DNA of 64,000 nt from positions 156,681,741 to 156,745,740 of the forward strand of contig CM041465.1 in assembly GCA_023213395.1 (NCBI GenBank), given 5' to 3'. The stretch is from Cycas panzhihuaensis (lineage: Eukaryota; Plantae; Cycadophyta). Below, in pieces: positions 51,521-64,000 of this stretch (the first letter of the stretch is position 1; each line of letters begins with the position of its first letter). The translations under genes and the position numbers were made by a program. The notes below the pieces were generated by a model. That model saw only the letters and a program-made list of their open reading frames with translations, did not search any database and had not been told where the DNA came from.

Positions 51521-54286
51521 CTTTGATTTCAAAATAATGCATAGGAGTTAGTCATTAAGAAAAAAACAAAACTGACCACAGTTGTAGTAGTAAAAATTAG
51601 TTGGGAGGAAAGAGATAGGCAAGCTTTAGCTGTAATCACTTTGTCCATTAGTGACTCAATTTTAACTCGTATTAGTGGATTCCCCACTTCAGTTGGAGCA
51701 TGGAAAATCCTGGCTTCCTTATTTAGTCAAAAGAATAAAGCCCGCATTATTTCTCTAAGAGAATAACTTTATCGACTGTATTTACAAGACAAAGAGCAAG
51801 TTATTGATTTCATCAGCAAATTGGTAAAAATCAAAGTCAGCCTAGCCTCTACTAGAGAGACCATGTCAGATACTCAAATTGTTTGTCTGGGACTCAATAA
51901 ACTGACAAAGTCATTTGATAACCTTGTGAATACTTTTATTATTGGCGGACAAGCTCAAAATGTCTTTCAATACATTGTGTGGTCATTTGCTTCAACAAGA
52001 ACAAAGAACTCATAGGTATGAAGAGGGAGCAGATGTTGAAGAAGCCTTTATCTCAAGGCTTAGAATCAGTGAAAGAGGGGGACGAAGCGCTAGGGGAAGG
52101 TTATTCAAAACAAGAAGCAACAAAGGAAAATCCTTTAGAGGAACAGGAAGATGCAAATCACCTAATACTCGAGTATGCTATTAGTGTAGACGAACATATC
52201 ACATTGTAGTTGACTGTAGACAATAGAAAGCCACCCATGCAATTACTGTGGAAGGTATGGACATCTCTCTAGCAACTGTTTCTACCAAAGATCTGACATT
52301 TCCAAAGGGTAAATGAGTTGAAGGGAACTATAATAGAGAACAGTCAAAAGATGAAGATCATGAAGGGATCACCTTTGTTACTACTCTAGTTTCATCTATC
52401 TAGCATAGTGAGAATTGGTTCATTGACTCAGGTGCATCAAACCATATGACAGGCAGAGAGGACTAGTTTGAATCCCTACAACCATACATGACGAACAAAA
52501 CTGTGGAATTAGGTGATAATCACCCTCTAGAAATCAAAGGCAAAAGGAACTATAGCAATCCAAATTAAACATGAAATTGAAAATGTTGAGAATGTGTTAT
52601 TTGTACTAGGCATGAAGAAGAATCTTCTTTCAATATCATAGTCGAGAAAGAAGAAACTTCGTGTGATCTTTCATGAAAATGGCAAATGCTATATTATCGA
52701 TATGAAAAAGGGTGGTCAAGTCATTATTGAGGGAATAGAAACTAACGATCTTTATAAGTTGGTTTCTACCCCTATTATTCCCTCTGTAAAAGCTTTTGTT
52801 ATTCAAGATACTAATAATGAAATCTGGCATTCTCGCTATGGGCATATTGTAGATGATAGGTTAAATTTTCTAAAAAATTCCAAGATGGTTGATGGACTAC
52901 TTATTAATCTTACAATGAATGCCTTTGTTTGCAAAAGTTGTATGCTAGGGAAACATCATATAATGCCATTTCAAGAAATCAAAACAAAAACTAGAATTGA
53001 TTCACAGTGATATATGTAGATCTATCACACCAAACTTTGTAAATGGTGTTAGGTATTTTCTCACCTCTATAGATGATTTTACTAGGAAAGTTTGGGTTTA
53101 CTTTATCTTTAGTAAATTTGAAGCCCTTGATTATTTTAAAGAGTTCAAGGTTCAAGCAGAACTCAAAAGTGGGCACAAAATAGAGATGCTAAGGAGGACA
53201 AGCAGAGGTGGAGAGTATGTATCAAATGATTTTTCAAGTTTTTGTAAAACCCATGGCATTCATAGGCAGATTATGACTCCATATACACCATAGTCAAATG
53301 GAGTGGCTGAAAGATTAAATAGAACCTCAACCGAGATGGCTTGATGCATGATGGAGGAGAAAAATGTATTAAACATATATTAAGCTGAAGTTGATAACAC
53401 TGTTGTCTACTTGACAAATAGATGTCCTATGAAGGCACTCGACAAGGTCAATCTAGAAGAAGCTTGGACAGGCACAAAACCAGCTGTAAATCATCTAAGA
53501 ATTTTTTTATACATTACCTATGTACATGTTCCAACTCAAAAAAGAACCAAATTAAATGATAAAAGCATTGAATGTATTTTAATTGGATACAGTGCAAAAT
53601 CAAAAGCCTATTGATGCATAGACATCAAAACAAAGAAAAATGTAAGTAGAGACATAACCTTTGATGAAGGGGTCTCGACAAATAATGAAATTGATCATTC
53701 TCAAAAGAATATAATAATAGAATCTACTACAAGTCCTGTCAAGGAAGAATATGAAAATACAAAGAAGTCAACTTCTCAAAAAGATCCTAAAAAATTGACT
53801 TCTCAAGAAAAGCTAGAAGAGGAAGGGTAGGAAAATGTCTCAAGAAAAAGGTTGCCTAAATGGTACCTAAAAACTATTGAGAATCGAGAGGACACATATT
53901 TAAACAAAGAACCAGATCTCAAAGGCATCAAGCCTTGGTTTGCCCAATCTAGCCTCAAAACTTTGAAGAAGCCTATGGAAAAGCAGAATGGAAAGAAGTT
54001 ATGGATAAGGAAATGAAGTCCATAAATCAAAATAACACTTGGGATCTAATTTCACCTCTAAAGGATAAATCCATTGTAGGTTGCAAATGTGTATATAAAA
54101 TAAAATAAAAATCTAATGGGAGCATAGAAAAACATAAAGCCTAAATTGTAGCTAAAGGATACACCCAAACAATAGACATTGACTATAAAGAGACATTTGC
54201 TCCAATAGCAAAGCTCATAACAATTCACACTCTCATAGCCTTGGCAACACAACACAATTGGAAAATTGTGCAAATGGACATAAAAA

Positions 54287-57200
54287 TGTTAAGAGTATGA
54301 TGTTATATCCTAATTGTTAAAAAGGTAATGTTATAAACCCTTCTTGTAACTCCCTCTCTCTGTCTTCCAGTGTCATGATCTGGAGAGATGGTTACAAATC
54401 AATTTATAATAGTTGTATTGAATCATGTCTATTTAAGGAGACATTGTCTCACTATAATACATGTTGTCTTCATATCAATTTTTCTACTCTGTGAAATTAA
54501 CATGGTATCATAACAGATTAGTTAGTCTGCCTGACGAGGAAGCTATAGCTGCAAGAATGATTCTGGACCAGATCAAATCAAATTATTCTGGAACTCAAGG
54601 GAGATAAAGGATAAAGTTCAAAGAGTTGAAAATTGTAAAAAAAAAATTATTGTAGTATGGAGGTGTATTGCCTTGTACGGACCTGTACGAACACAATTTT
54701 CCCAAAGAGCTCAGATTTGAATGACAATTGATAGGAAGGTTTGTCTCAATACGAGCATAATTTCTTTCTTCAGGTACAAAGTGATTTGGGCTTATTTTGA
54801 GGTTGTTTCTGCTCATTTTTTATCTATGCGAGTTTAAGGCCTCTTTCTCCATTTTTCTTGATAAATCTTTCATTTTCTTAAATAAATCTGGTTGCATAAT
54901 TTGATCATTATTAAATCGACGAGATTGAGACACATTTTGTAAGAATTGGTGGAAAATTTTAGTAGATTCAAAGGAATTTTCGTTGAAACCCTAGTTGCCC
55001 CTCTCTGGCTTTCAGGTTAAAATTCTTGTTTTAATAAAATAATTACAAATCTATGATGAGTGTGAAATTATCTATCTTTTGAGGTAGATATTGTCTTAAT
55101 CCGTATAGTTAGGGTTTTGTATGGAATTTTTACAGTTGTACAGTCAAAACAACCCAAATCAGTTTTTTGTTTTAAGAATGGCCTCTACAATCTTAGCTTT
55201 GTCTAATCAAGACAAACTAACAGATACAACCTACACATTTGGTAAATTAAGATAGGAACCCTTCTTAAAGCCAAAATGCATGGAACATTGCAAATGGAGC
55301 TGAAGCTTGACCTACTGGTACATGTGCTGATCTAGCTAGCTCAATAGAAAGAGATAATATAGGTGTAATTATTCTTAAACTTTCAGTTTCAGATCCTCTC
55401 CTTGTGTATGTGGAAAATTTAAATTCATCATCTACAATATGGACTTGTTTCAAAAATCTGTACTGTCAAAAGAACAAGGCTAGAATAATAGCCCTTAAGG
55501 AGGAGTTATTTAATTTGCACATGAAGGAATCTAATACTGTATCTGCATTTATTCACAAAGTTGTTTCAGTAAGAAATGATATCTTAAGCGCACGTGCTAC
55601 TATTTCAAAGCAAGAACTAGTGGAGATGGTAGCAAGTAAGCTACCAAAATCTTTGATCAACACCATAACAAGTAATAACCGGATTGACAAAATGTCACTT
55701 GATACATTAACTGGTCTATTACTGAGACAAGAGTAGAGGAATAAGTGCTATGAAGACACAACAGAGATCAAAGATGCCTTTGTATCTAGATTAAACCTCG
55801 GTCCCAAAGGAAGGAGCCAATCATGTGGAAGAGGACGTATTCTAAATGCTAGAAGTCCTGCTCGTGGTAGATGGCAAGATAACAGAGGAGGTGGTCGTTC
55901 AAGAGATACAAGAATTTGCTACAATTGCGGTAAGCCAGGACATCTTTCAAGCTCATTTAGAGCCTTTGACCTTTGTTATCATTGTGGATAGTCAGATCAT
56001 TATCGCTATCAGTGTCCACAAAGAAGAGTAGACATTTAGAGAGGGAAATGCCCAGTTGAGAACTATAGTAAGGAGCAGACAGAGGAAGAGGAGGAAGAAA
56101 CAACATTCATCACTGCTCTTTCTACTAGCCTACATGACCAAGATGTTTGGTATATTGACTTAGGTGCCTCCATCACATGACCAATCAAGAAGATTGGTTT
56201 GAGTTACTAAAGCCATATATCGTTGATAAATCTATTGAATTAGGAGGCAAGTACCCACTGGATATAAAGGGAGTAGGTACCATAGCAGTCAATTTGTAGG
56301 GCAATGTGAAGAAGATAGGGAATGTGTTGCTTGTACCAGGTCTAAAAATAAATCTTTTGTCAGTGTCACAACTTAGCAAAAAGGGGCTAAGAACTGTATT
56401 TGATGAAGAGGGCTATTATTATGTAATGGATATGAAAAATGATAGCAATGTAATAGCCAAAGGCATAAGATGCAATGATCTATATAAATTGCTATCAAAT
56501 CCTGTAAACCCTAAATTGGGTATAAAAGCATGTACTGCTACGAATTCTTATAATAAATTTTGGCATTTGAAGTATGGACATCTCCCTATAGATATGTTGA
56601 AGTTACTGGAGAAATATGATGCATGGTAATTGGTCTACCTCCCATCACCTTTGAAAATTTTGTTTGTAAAGATTGTCAATTTGGGAAGTAGCATCGACTT
56701 CCATTCAAGGAAAGTAATTGGCATGCCTAGAATAAATTAGAATCGATTCACACTTATTTATGTGGTCCTCTCACTCCACTTTCAATTAATGGATGCAGAT
56801 ATTTTTTAACTTTCATTGATGACTTTACTCGAAAGGTATGAGTGTACTTCCTCCATAATAACTCTGAAGTTTTTGAAATCTTCAAGGAATTCAAAGCAGA
56901 AGTAGAGTTAGAATCCAGAGCTAAAATAAAGTGCATTAGATCTAATGGTGGTGGAGAATACACATCAAAAGACTTCTTGATTTTTTGCAAAATAAATGGG
57001 ATACGTAGATAGTTCACAACTCCCTACACCCCTCAATCTAACGGGGTTGCTGAAAGAAAAAATAGAACCATCATGGAAATGGCTCGTAGCATGATTTTTG
57101 AAAAACAAGTTTCAAAAACTTACTAGGCAGAAGCTGTCAGCACCTCCTGTTATTTGATAAATCGAAGTCCTACAAAAGCACTGGAACAAATCACTTCGGA

Positions 57201-59457
57201 GGAAGTTTGGACAGGTAAGAAGCTTGATGTAAGTAATCTAAAAGTTTTTGGATGTTAAGCATTCATTCATATTCCTGATAAAAGAAGATCAAAACTTGAT
57301 GCTAAAAGTATAGAATGAATCTTAATAGGATACAACAAAAATTCAAAGGCATATAAATGCATAGATCCAAAAACTAATAGAATCTATATAAGTAGAGATG
57401 TTGTGTTTAATGAAGAAGTTGATCAGGATAGAAAATCTTAATTCAAACAAATTGAAGAAGGATCAAAAGCAATACTTCAAGAGAACATCATGGAAGAAAT
57501 CTCGAAACTTACAATAGAAGAAATCTCTCAAATATCAGAATCTTTGTCAATATTACATGAAGATTCAGTGCAGGAGGAATAGCCGTCAGAAGAATCAACC
57601 ACTGAAGAAGAATCAAGAGAGGGGAAGAAAGTACCAAGATGGTACATCAAAATAATTGAAGAAGGAAAAGGGGATTTGTTCACACAAAGAACCAGAAGTC
57701 AGAAACCACAGGCATTATACAGTAGTGTTGAGCCTCAATCATTTCAAGAAGCAAAAGATCAACCATAATGGAGAACAACAATGGACTCAGAAATGCAATC
57801 AATTGCCAAAAATTAGACATGGGAATTAGTTGAGCTCCCCCCCAATAAACCTATGGTTAACTATAAATGGGTTTATAAAGTCAAAGAAGGGGAAAATGGA
57901 AAAAATTAGAAAATACAAGGCAAGACTTGTTGCCAAAGGCTATACACAAACAACTTGAGTAGATTTTGAATTTTTTTTTTCTCCTGTAACCAAATTAAAT
58001 ACAGTGAGAATAGTTATTACCTTGGTGGCTCAACAAAATTGGAAAATATTTCATCTAGATGTTAAAAGTGCGTTCTTAAATGGAAAGCTAGAAGAAGAAG
58101 TCTACATGGCTCAACCAGAAGGATACATCAAAGAAGAACAGGAACACATGGTTTGTAAATTGAAGAAGGCATTGTATGGCTTAAAACAAGCTCCTCTGGC
58201 TTGATATGCCAAATTGGACAAACATCTATGTTAGAATGGCTTTAGACACTCTAACTTCGATTCAAGCCTGTATATAAAGAAAAGAAATGGACTAATCACC
58301 ATAGTTGCAGTTTATGTAGATGATATGATAGTTATAGGGAGCGATGATGCTTCAATCAAAAACTTGAAAAAACAACTAGAAGGGGAATTTAAAATGACAA
58401 ATTTGGGCCTTCTAATCTATTATCTGGGATTGGAAGTCAGCCAACTAGAGGACTCAGTCACTCTATCCCAAAGCAAATATATTAAAGACTTATTAGTTAA
58501 ATTCCAGATCGAAAACTGCAATCCATATGCAACACCTATGGAGGTAAACTACAACTTAGTCACAAATGAGAAAGAACTCTTGGCCAATACAACTCTGTAT
58601 AGGCAATTAATTGGGAGTCTAATCTACCTCACTGCAACTAGACTAGACATATCATATTTAGTAGGTCTAGTTTCGAGATACATGTAAGCACCCAAGATAA
58701 AACACTGGAAAGCTGCCAGAAGAATATTAAGGTATTTGAAGGGAACTGTTGATCTGAAATTGATCTATCTTAGGGAAAATGTAAGAAAGTTGTCAGGGTT
58801 CTACAAGTCTAACTGGGTAGGAGATAAAGAGTAGAGAAAGTCCACAAGTGGTTATTGCTTCTATCTTGGGTTAGCAACAATCTCTTGGAGTAGTAAAAGA
58901 CAAACTACGGTTGCACTGTCTTCAACAGAGGCTGAATACAAATCTGTAGTGAGAGCCACAAGCGAAGTGATATGGCTGAGACAACTTGTAGTAGATCTGG
59001 ATCAATATCAAAATCAGAGTGCAATCAAGCTGACCAAGAACCCAGTTCTTCATGTAAGAACAAAACACATAGAAGTACATCATCATTTCATAAGGGAGAA
59101 AGTTCAGAATAAAGAAATTGATTTGACATATTGTCCTACATCAGAACAAATTGTAGATATATTGACGAAGCCTCTTGGAAAAGATAGGTTTCAAATTCTT
59201 AGAAATAAGATAGGTCTGAAAGAGGATATAACATTAAGAGAGGGTGTTAGAGTATAATGTTATATCCTAATTGTTAAAAGGGTAATGTTATAAACCCTTC
59301 TTGTAAATCCCTCTTTCTGTCTGCCATGTGACATGATCTAGAGAGTCGATTACAAATCAATTTGTAACGATTGTATTGAATCATGTGTATTTAAAGAGAC
59401 ATTGTCTCGCTACAACACGTCATCTTCATCAATTTTTTTTGTTAAGCGAAATTAACA
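54287..59457 (+). mobile_element. Full-length decayed Ty1/copia element (LTRs 54287-54502 and 59245-59457), gag-pol 55178-59257
   Basis: TSD AAAAA/ACAAA inside the host [57 protein letters not shown]. Confidence 0.93.
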
Positions 59458-60905
59458 ACAAAGTGCCTTCTTGAATGGTGATCTCAATGAAGAAGTTTAT
59501 ATGGAACAACCACCTAGATACGTAAAAAGGGGGAAGAACATCTGGTTTGCAAATTGACAAAGGCACTATATGTTTGAAAATAGGCACCTAGAGCCCCGTA
59601 TGCGGAGCTAGATCTTCATCTACAACAAGGAGGATTTCATAGATGTGACGCAGATCCAAGCCTTTATATAAAAGACAAGGAAATTTGATCACCATTATTG
59701 TGGTTTATGTGGATGATCTGATTATCATAGGTATTGATGATCAAACATTAGCCAGATACAAGGACAAATGGAAAGGAAATTTGAAATGACCAACTTAGGT
59801 GCTCTCCACAACTATCTTGGTATAGAAGTTGATCAAGGAGAAAGTGGGATTTTCATCTCATAATCCAAATATGTAAAAAACTTGCTAAAAAGATTCAACG
59901 TGCAAGAATGCAATTCATGTGCTACACCGATGGAAGTAGGTTGTGTCTTCACTACTGATGACAGTAAACAACAAGAAGTAAATGAAACTGTCTTCAGGCA
60001 ACTTGTAGGGAGCTTAATTTATCTAACAGCAACCAGACCTAACATTTCCTTCTTTGTTGGAGTCATTTCTAGATTTATGCATAATCCAAAGATTGCACAT
60101 TGGAATGTTGCCAAGAGAATCTTGAGATATATCAAAGGTACCTTAAATCTTGGCCTACAATACACAAAGATAGATAATCTAGATCTAACTAGATACACTG
60201 ACTTTGATTGGGCTGGAGAATCTCTGAAAAAGAAATCAACATCTGCATACTATTTCAGTCTTGGAACTGTTGTAACATCTTGGAGCAGCAACAAGCAACC
60301 AACAGTAGCCCTATCTTCTATAGAAGCAGAGTATAAGGCTATTGTAAATGCAACATGTAAAGTAGTCTGGTTAAGATAGCTGTTGAATGATTTAAATCAA
60401 GGTTGTAAAAAAGCAACAACAATTTATTACAATAATCACAATGTGACTAAGCTTACCAAGAATCCTATCTTTCATGCAAGGACCAAACACATAGAGGTTC
60501 ATCATCACTTTATCAAAGAAAAGGTTCAGAATAAAGAAATCAAGTTACAATATTGCAGCAATAATCAATAGATTGTAGACATTTTTAAAAAACCATTGCC
60601 AAAAGATAAATTTCAATATTTCAGGTACTTGGAATGAAAAGCAAAGGATAAAACATTAAGGGAGGATGTTAGAATGTTAATGTTTTATCCTAGGGTTGTA
60701 TTTTATAAAACTAAAAGGGTTGTGTCATTGTACCCCCTTTGTATTAAACCGACACTTGTCACTCATGATGGACACATGTTGTCTATGTACAAATCGATTA
60801 TATAAGATTACCTGTATAAATGAAAAAACATCCCTCTCATCAAATCAATGAAGAATTCAATTTCATTACTTAAGAATTGTGTTTAGTCTATTTTCCATCA
60901 ACCAT

Positions 60906-61358
60906 GAAGGGGACTACACCAACTTGAGAAGGGTTGGATGCAGGCCCAGAGTACAACAAATGAAGAGCCCTCAACCCAATACACAATGAGAGATACAATG
61001 GAAGTAAGGAGAGAAAGCCTAGTGCACTCTCACACACATATCTTCTATGTACATGAATGCCCCCTTTATAGTCTTTCACCCTAACCATTTCCCAACTAAC
61101 TCATTAATGATAATTTGTTAACAATAACAATAATTACATCTATCCTCATAATTGCAATCATGGTCCTAATTGTACTTCTAGTCGCACTTGAACTGCGATT
61201 GAATCTCTCGTCGCACTTCTATTCGTATATGGTCTACGATCGAAACTCTGGTTGCATTTTCAATCATACCTAGGTTGTGATCAAAATTCTGGTTGTACTT
61301 ATGATTGTGCTTTGATTTGCTCTATTAAGCTTGATTTTCCTTTGCATACATCTCCCCT
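60906..61358 (-). mobile_element. Probable 3' LTR with PPT, split by the 44245-60900 copia (remainder ~44109-44239)
   Basis: Minus strand reads AGGGGAGA-TGTATGC at 61358-61344, degenerate GTGCGAC repeats 61180-61310 and TATAAA near 61070. Confidence 0.4.
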
Positions 61359-62115
61359 AACACAAAATTGTTAAGTGTCCTCACTTGACCCTAAAAAATT
61401 CAAAATTTTTTCCATCCTTCTTTCCCCCAAAAATTTTGAAATCAACTACATTCTAAGATATAGCCAACCTTGTTCTCCAAAAGGTCTAACCATATTTGTC
61501 TAGGTAAAACAATGATGCCAAGGCATGATCACAATCTGTTGAGACAATCTTTGATGGTATACTTCTCCCTTAGGCCATTTATCCTCCCTTGACATACCCT
61601 GTTATTTTTATGTTTTTTGGAGTCGCCTCCTTCTGCTATGTTAATCTACCTACTCAACTACACTATATTTTGTGGACTCACCTCTTCCCAATGAATTATC
61701 TATCTACTCAACTATATCATTGGGGTTCTCGTACATACCATCTATTACATAGTAGAATTATCAAAGCTTAATTGACAATCATCACCAAAAAGACCCAAGT
61801 ACATCATCATATGAAGGACAAAATAAATCATGCTCACACTGGATACAATTCAACATTTTCCACAATAAGGGTGAAGTCTATATGAGGGCATGAACATCAA
61901 TCGGAATGCATGGGTAACCAATCATTGTGTCTGTTAGTTGCTAGAACGTCCTTCAAATACACATAGTTCATCATCCTGTCAGCCTGAAGTCCTTATAAGA
62001 CACGATCATCCACCAGAGCAGATAGGTAAACAACCATTGAGCCCATTGGTTGCTAGGAAATCCCTCATATACATGGTTCATCATGCCTGACTGAAAACTA
62101 AATCTTGGGGATTAT

Positions 62116-62581
62116 TGATAAAAGAATTAATAATGTCTTTCATTAATTCATTAAAGGATCATTTGTATCATTAACATAATGTTGTATATGCTTTATGTTG
62201 AGGGCTTGATTTGTATAAATGGGTTTAGTCACAACTTAGTGTTGTGAACCTAGTTGTGTGGGGTTGATTTTGTCCTCATATGTAATTGTCGTAAGTTAGT
62301 TTAATCATGCAAGGTGCCAATTGTCACCTTGCATGATCCTACATTAATATTCTCAATATTGAGTAGTAGCCTCTTTTGTTTCATGTATGAGACTTTTCAT
62401 ATATCTATGTGATGTACTTTGATTTTATGAGTTAATGAATGCAAACATGCTTTGGAGCACTTGTGATTAATTCCTATGCTTTGCTTTTGTGTGTTATGTG
62501 AATGTTATTGAGGATGCTTTGAGTCTCAAACCTGGGTTGCAAACTAGGCAGACTTTCATCCCTTTCACTTGGTATCAGAGC
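62116..62581 (+). mobile_element. 5' LTR and Met PBS of an element running off the window
   Basis: ..CTTTCA-CT-TGGTATCAGAGC at 62562-62581. The LTR start (TGATAAAAG) is tentative. No coding domain recognised downstream. Confidence 0.6.
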
Positions 62582-64000
62582 TAGTCTTTGCCAAGTTTAT
62601 TAATCAATCTTCTAGCCAGCTTCTTGCTCGGTCTACCTCTCTAGCGCAGCTGCCATCAAAGGCTACATTTAGCTAATGAGAGCCTTTGAATGAAGAACTA
62701 TTTGCTGCAAAAAATCTATCCTTGTTTGAATGCTTTATAACTTAAACAGATGATCTGTAGACTACACTCTTTGAGTATTGTGCTTCATAGCTTGAATATA
62801 TTATTTATTGGCTGATTTTTAAAGAGATCTAAACTTTATCCAGAAAAACATTGTTTATGAAATGTTTCCTTGGCTACTAAATGGGCAACTTTTGCTTGGC
62901 CTTAACATATTAAATATGTAGCTGCTTAAAATCTATTGAGGCTGTTGTTGAGCCATGTCATTTATGACCTCTGTAACATCTTTACGGCTTTATTAAGCCT
63001 CTGCATTGCTTTGTGTGGCTCCCATTGATTGCTCTAGCGTTTACATAGCTTCTATTGAGGTATCACTACTCTACGACCCTCCATTCATCCCTACGTGGAT
63101 CCAATGTACACCTCTTTGTATTTTGCATATCTGCGTGGCATTTTTTAGGCTGCTATCTCATTTGAGTGATGCGTCTTTGCATCTTTGCAACATTTCTTAG
63201 CCTCTTTTTGATCACTGCATGGCCCCTGTGTGATCATGGCCCTCCGTTTGCTCTCAGCTGCTCTGGTGTGGTCCATCTGTGACCTGTGTGACCCCTTTTG
63301 TGCTCGATATGGTTCATGGCATCACTCGGTTGGCCCTACGTGGCCTTTTATTTGCTTTCTGGCATACTCTACATGATCGTGTCTACTCTACTTTGTCGTT
63401 TGTCGCCCTCTTTTTGGCCCTACATGGCCCTTTATTTGCAATCTGTGTACAATCTCATTGGCATTGCGTGGGCTATTAAAACACACTATTTGTGGACTGA
63501 ATTGATGAGATAGCTTTCTAAATTGGGCGCAACTAGTTTTAAATTAATTCAAAGGAGAAACAGAGGACCCTACAGTGTTTTTTTACTCTAATTTTATCAA
63601 GTTTGTAGCAATTCAAGGATTGGGGCACTACTGTTGATTTCATTAGAATCCTCCACACAGTTGGATGAACAAAAGTATGCCATATGACCACTTAATTTGA
63701 CCCTAGTGGAGTTATCTTCACAGTGGAGAAGACAAATTGGGATTCAATTGCTTTTGCAGAGAGATCTTACCTCCTATATCCAATTTGTTTTGTAGTCTTT
63801 TCATATTCCCGTTGCCTAATTTAATTTTTATAAAGTTTAAAAAACTTTAGGTTATAAAAATTAGTATATTCTCTAAATATTTCATTTTTGATATAGGTCC
63901 CTAACCTAAAGTTGATTTTTAATCATTTTTTAGCTTTTCTTGAGGCTTGTTTTTAATCTATTTTAGGCAATTTTTTTAGTTTTTTAAGGGCTATTTTATG

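Larger units (their letters stand above)
44245..60900 (+). mobile_element. Ty1/copia element (LTRs 44245-44480 and 60667-60900) with two nested copia insertions; coding parts 45164-45249, 51521-54286, 59463-60650
   Basis: ~235-bp LTR pair (~91%), TSD ACCGT/ACCAT, PBS TGGTATTAGAGC 44481-44492, PPT AAGGGAGGA. Coding sequence resumes across both insertions (WKIKMKG|LISK; QMDIK|SAFLNG). Confidence 0.93.

Noticed and set aside
61905-62095. ~113-bp imperfect direct repeat
   Set aside because: Only two diverged copies with no termini or TSD; likely a TE UTR repeat.

Overview
No intact host gene is visible. The window is an AT-rich pile of nested, decayed LTR retrotransposons from a large plant genome (a fern, lycophyte or gymnosperm is an inference only). 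Most elements can be delimited by paired LTRs, primer-binding sites (PBS), polypurine tracts (PPT) and 5-bp target-site duplications (TSD). Ty1/copia: 3759-8926 (-), 17726-21205 (+, truncated), 33263-43170 (-), and 44245-60900 (+) hosting 45250-51520 (-) and 54287-59457 (+). Ty3/gypsy: a non-autonomous element at 11019-17061, a 3'-truncated element at 21206-28125 (both with a tRNA-Glu PBS), an outer short-LTR element at 17130-29856 and an old integrase remnant. Three things stand out. (1) A non-autonomous copia derivative at 33306-37993 carries captured fragments of two host genes (BTB/POZ-MATH and DRE2/anamorsin) plus one ancestral Gag-acidic-RNaseH-tail fusion frame. (2) Two extra Gag capsid-like domains sit in frame between protease and RT of the gypsy element (24749-25210). 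(3) A 713-bp TRIM-like mini-element (2470-3182) has a deletion junction at a PBS/RNase H 'DNQS' microhomology. All identities and alignments were done by eye and are approximate.
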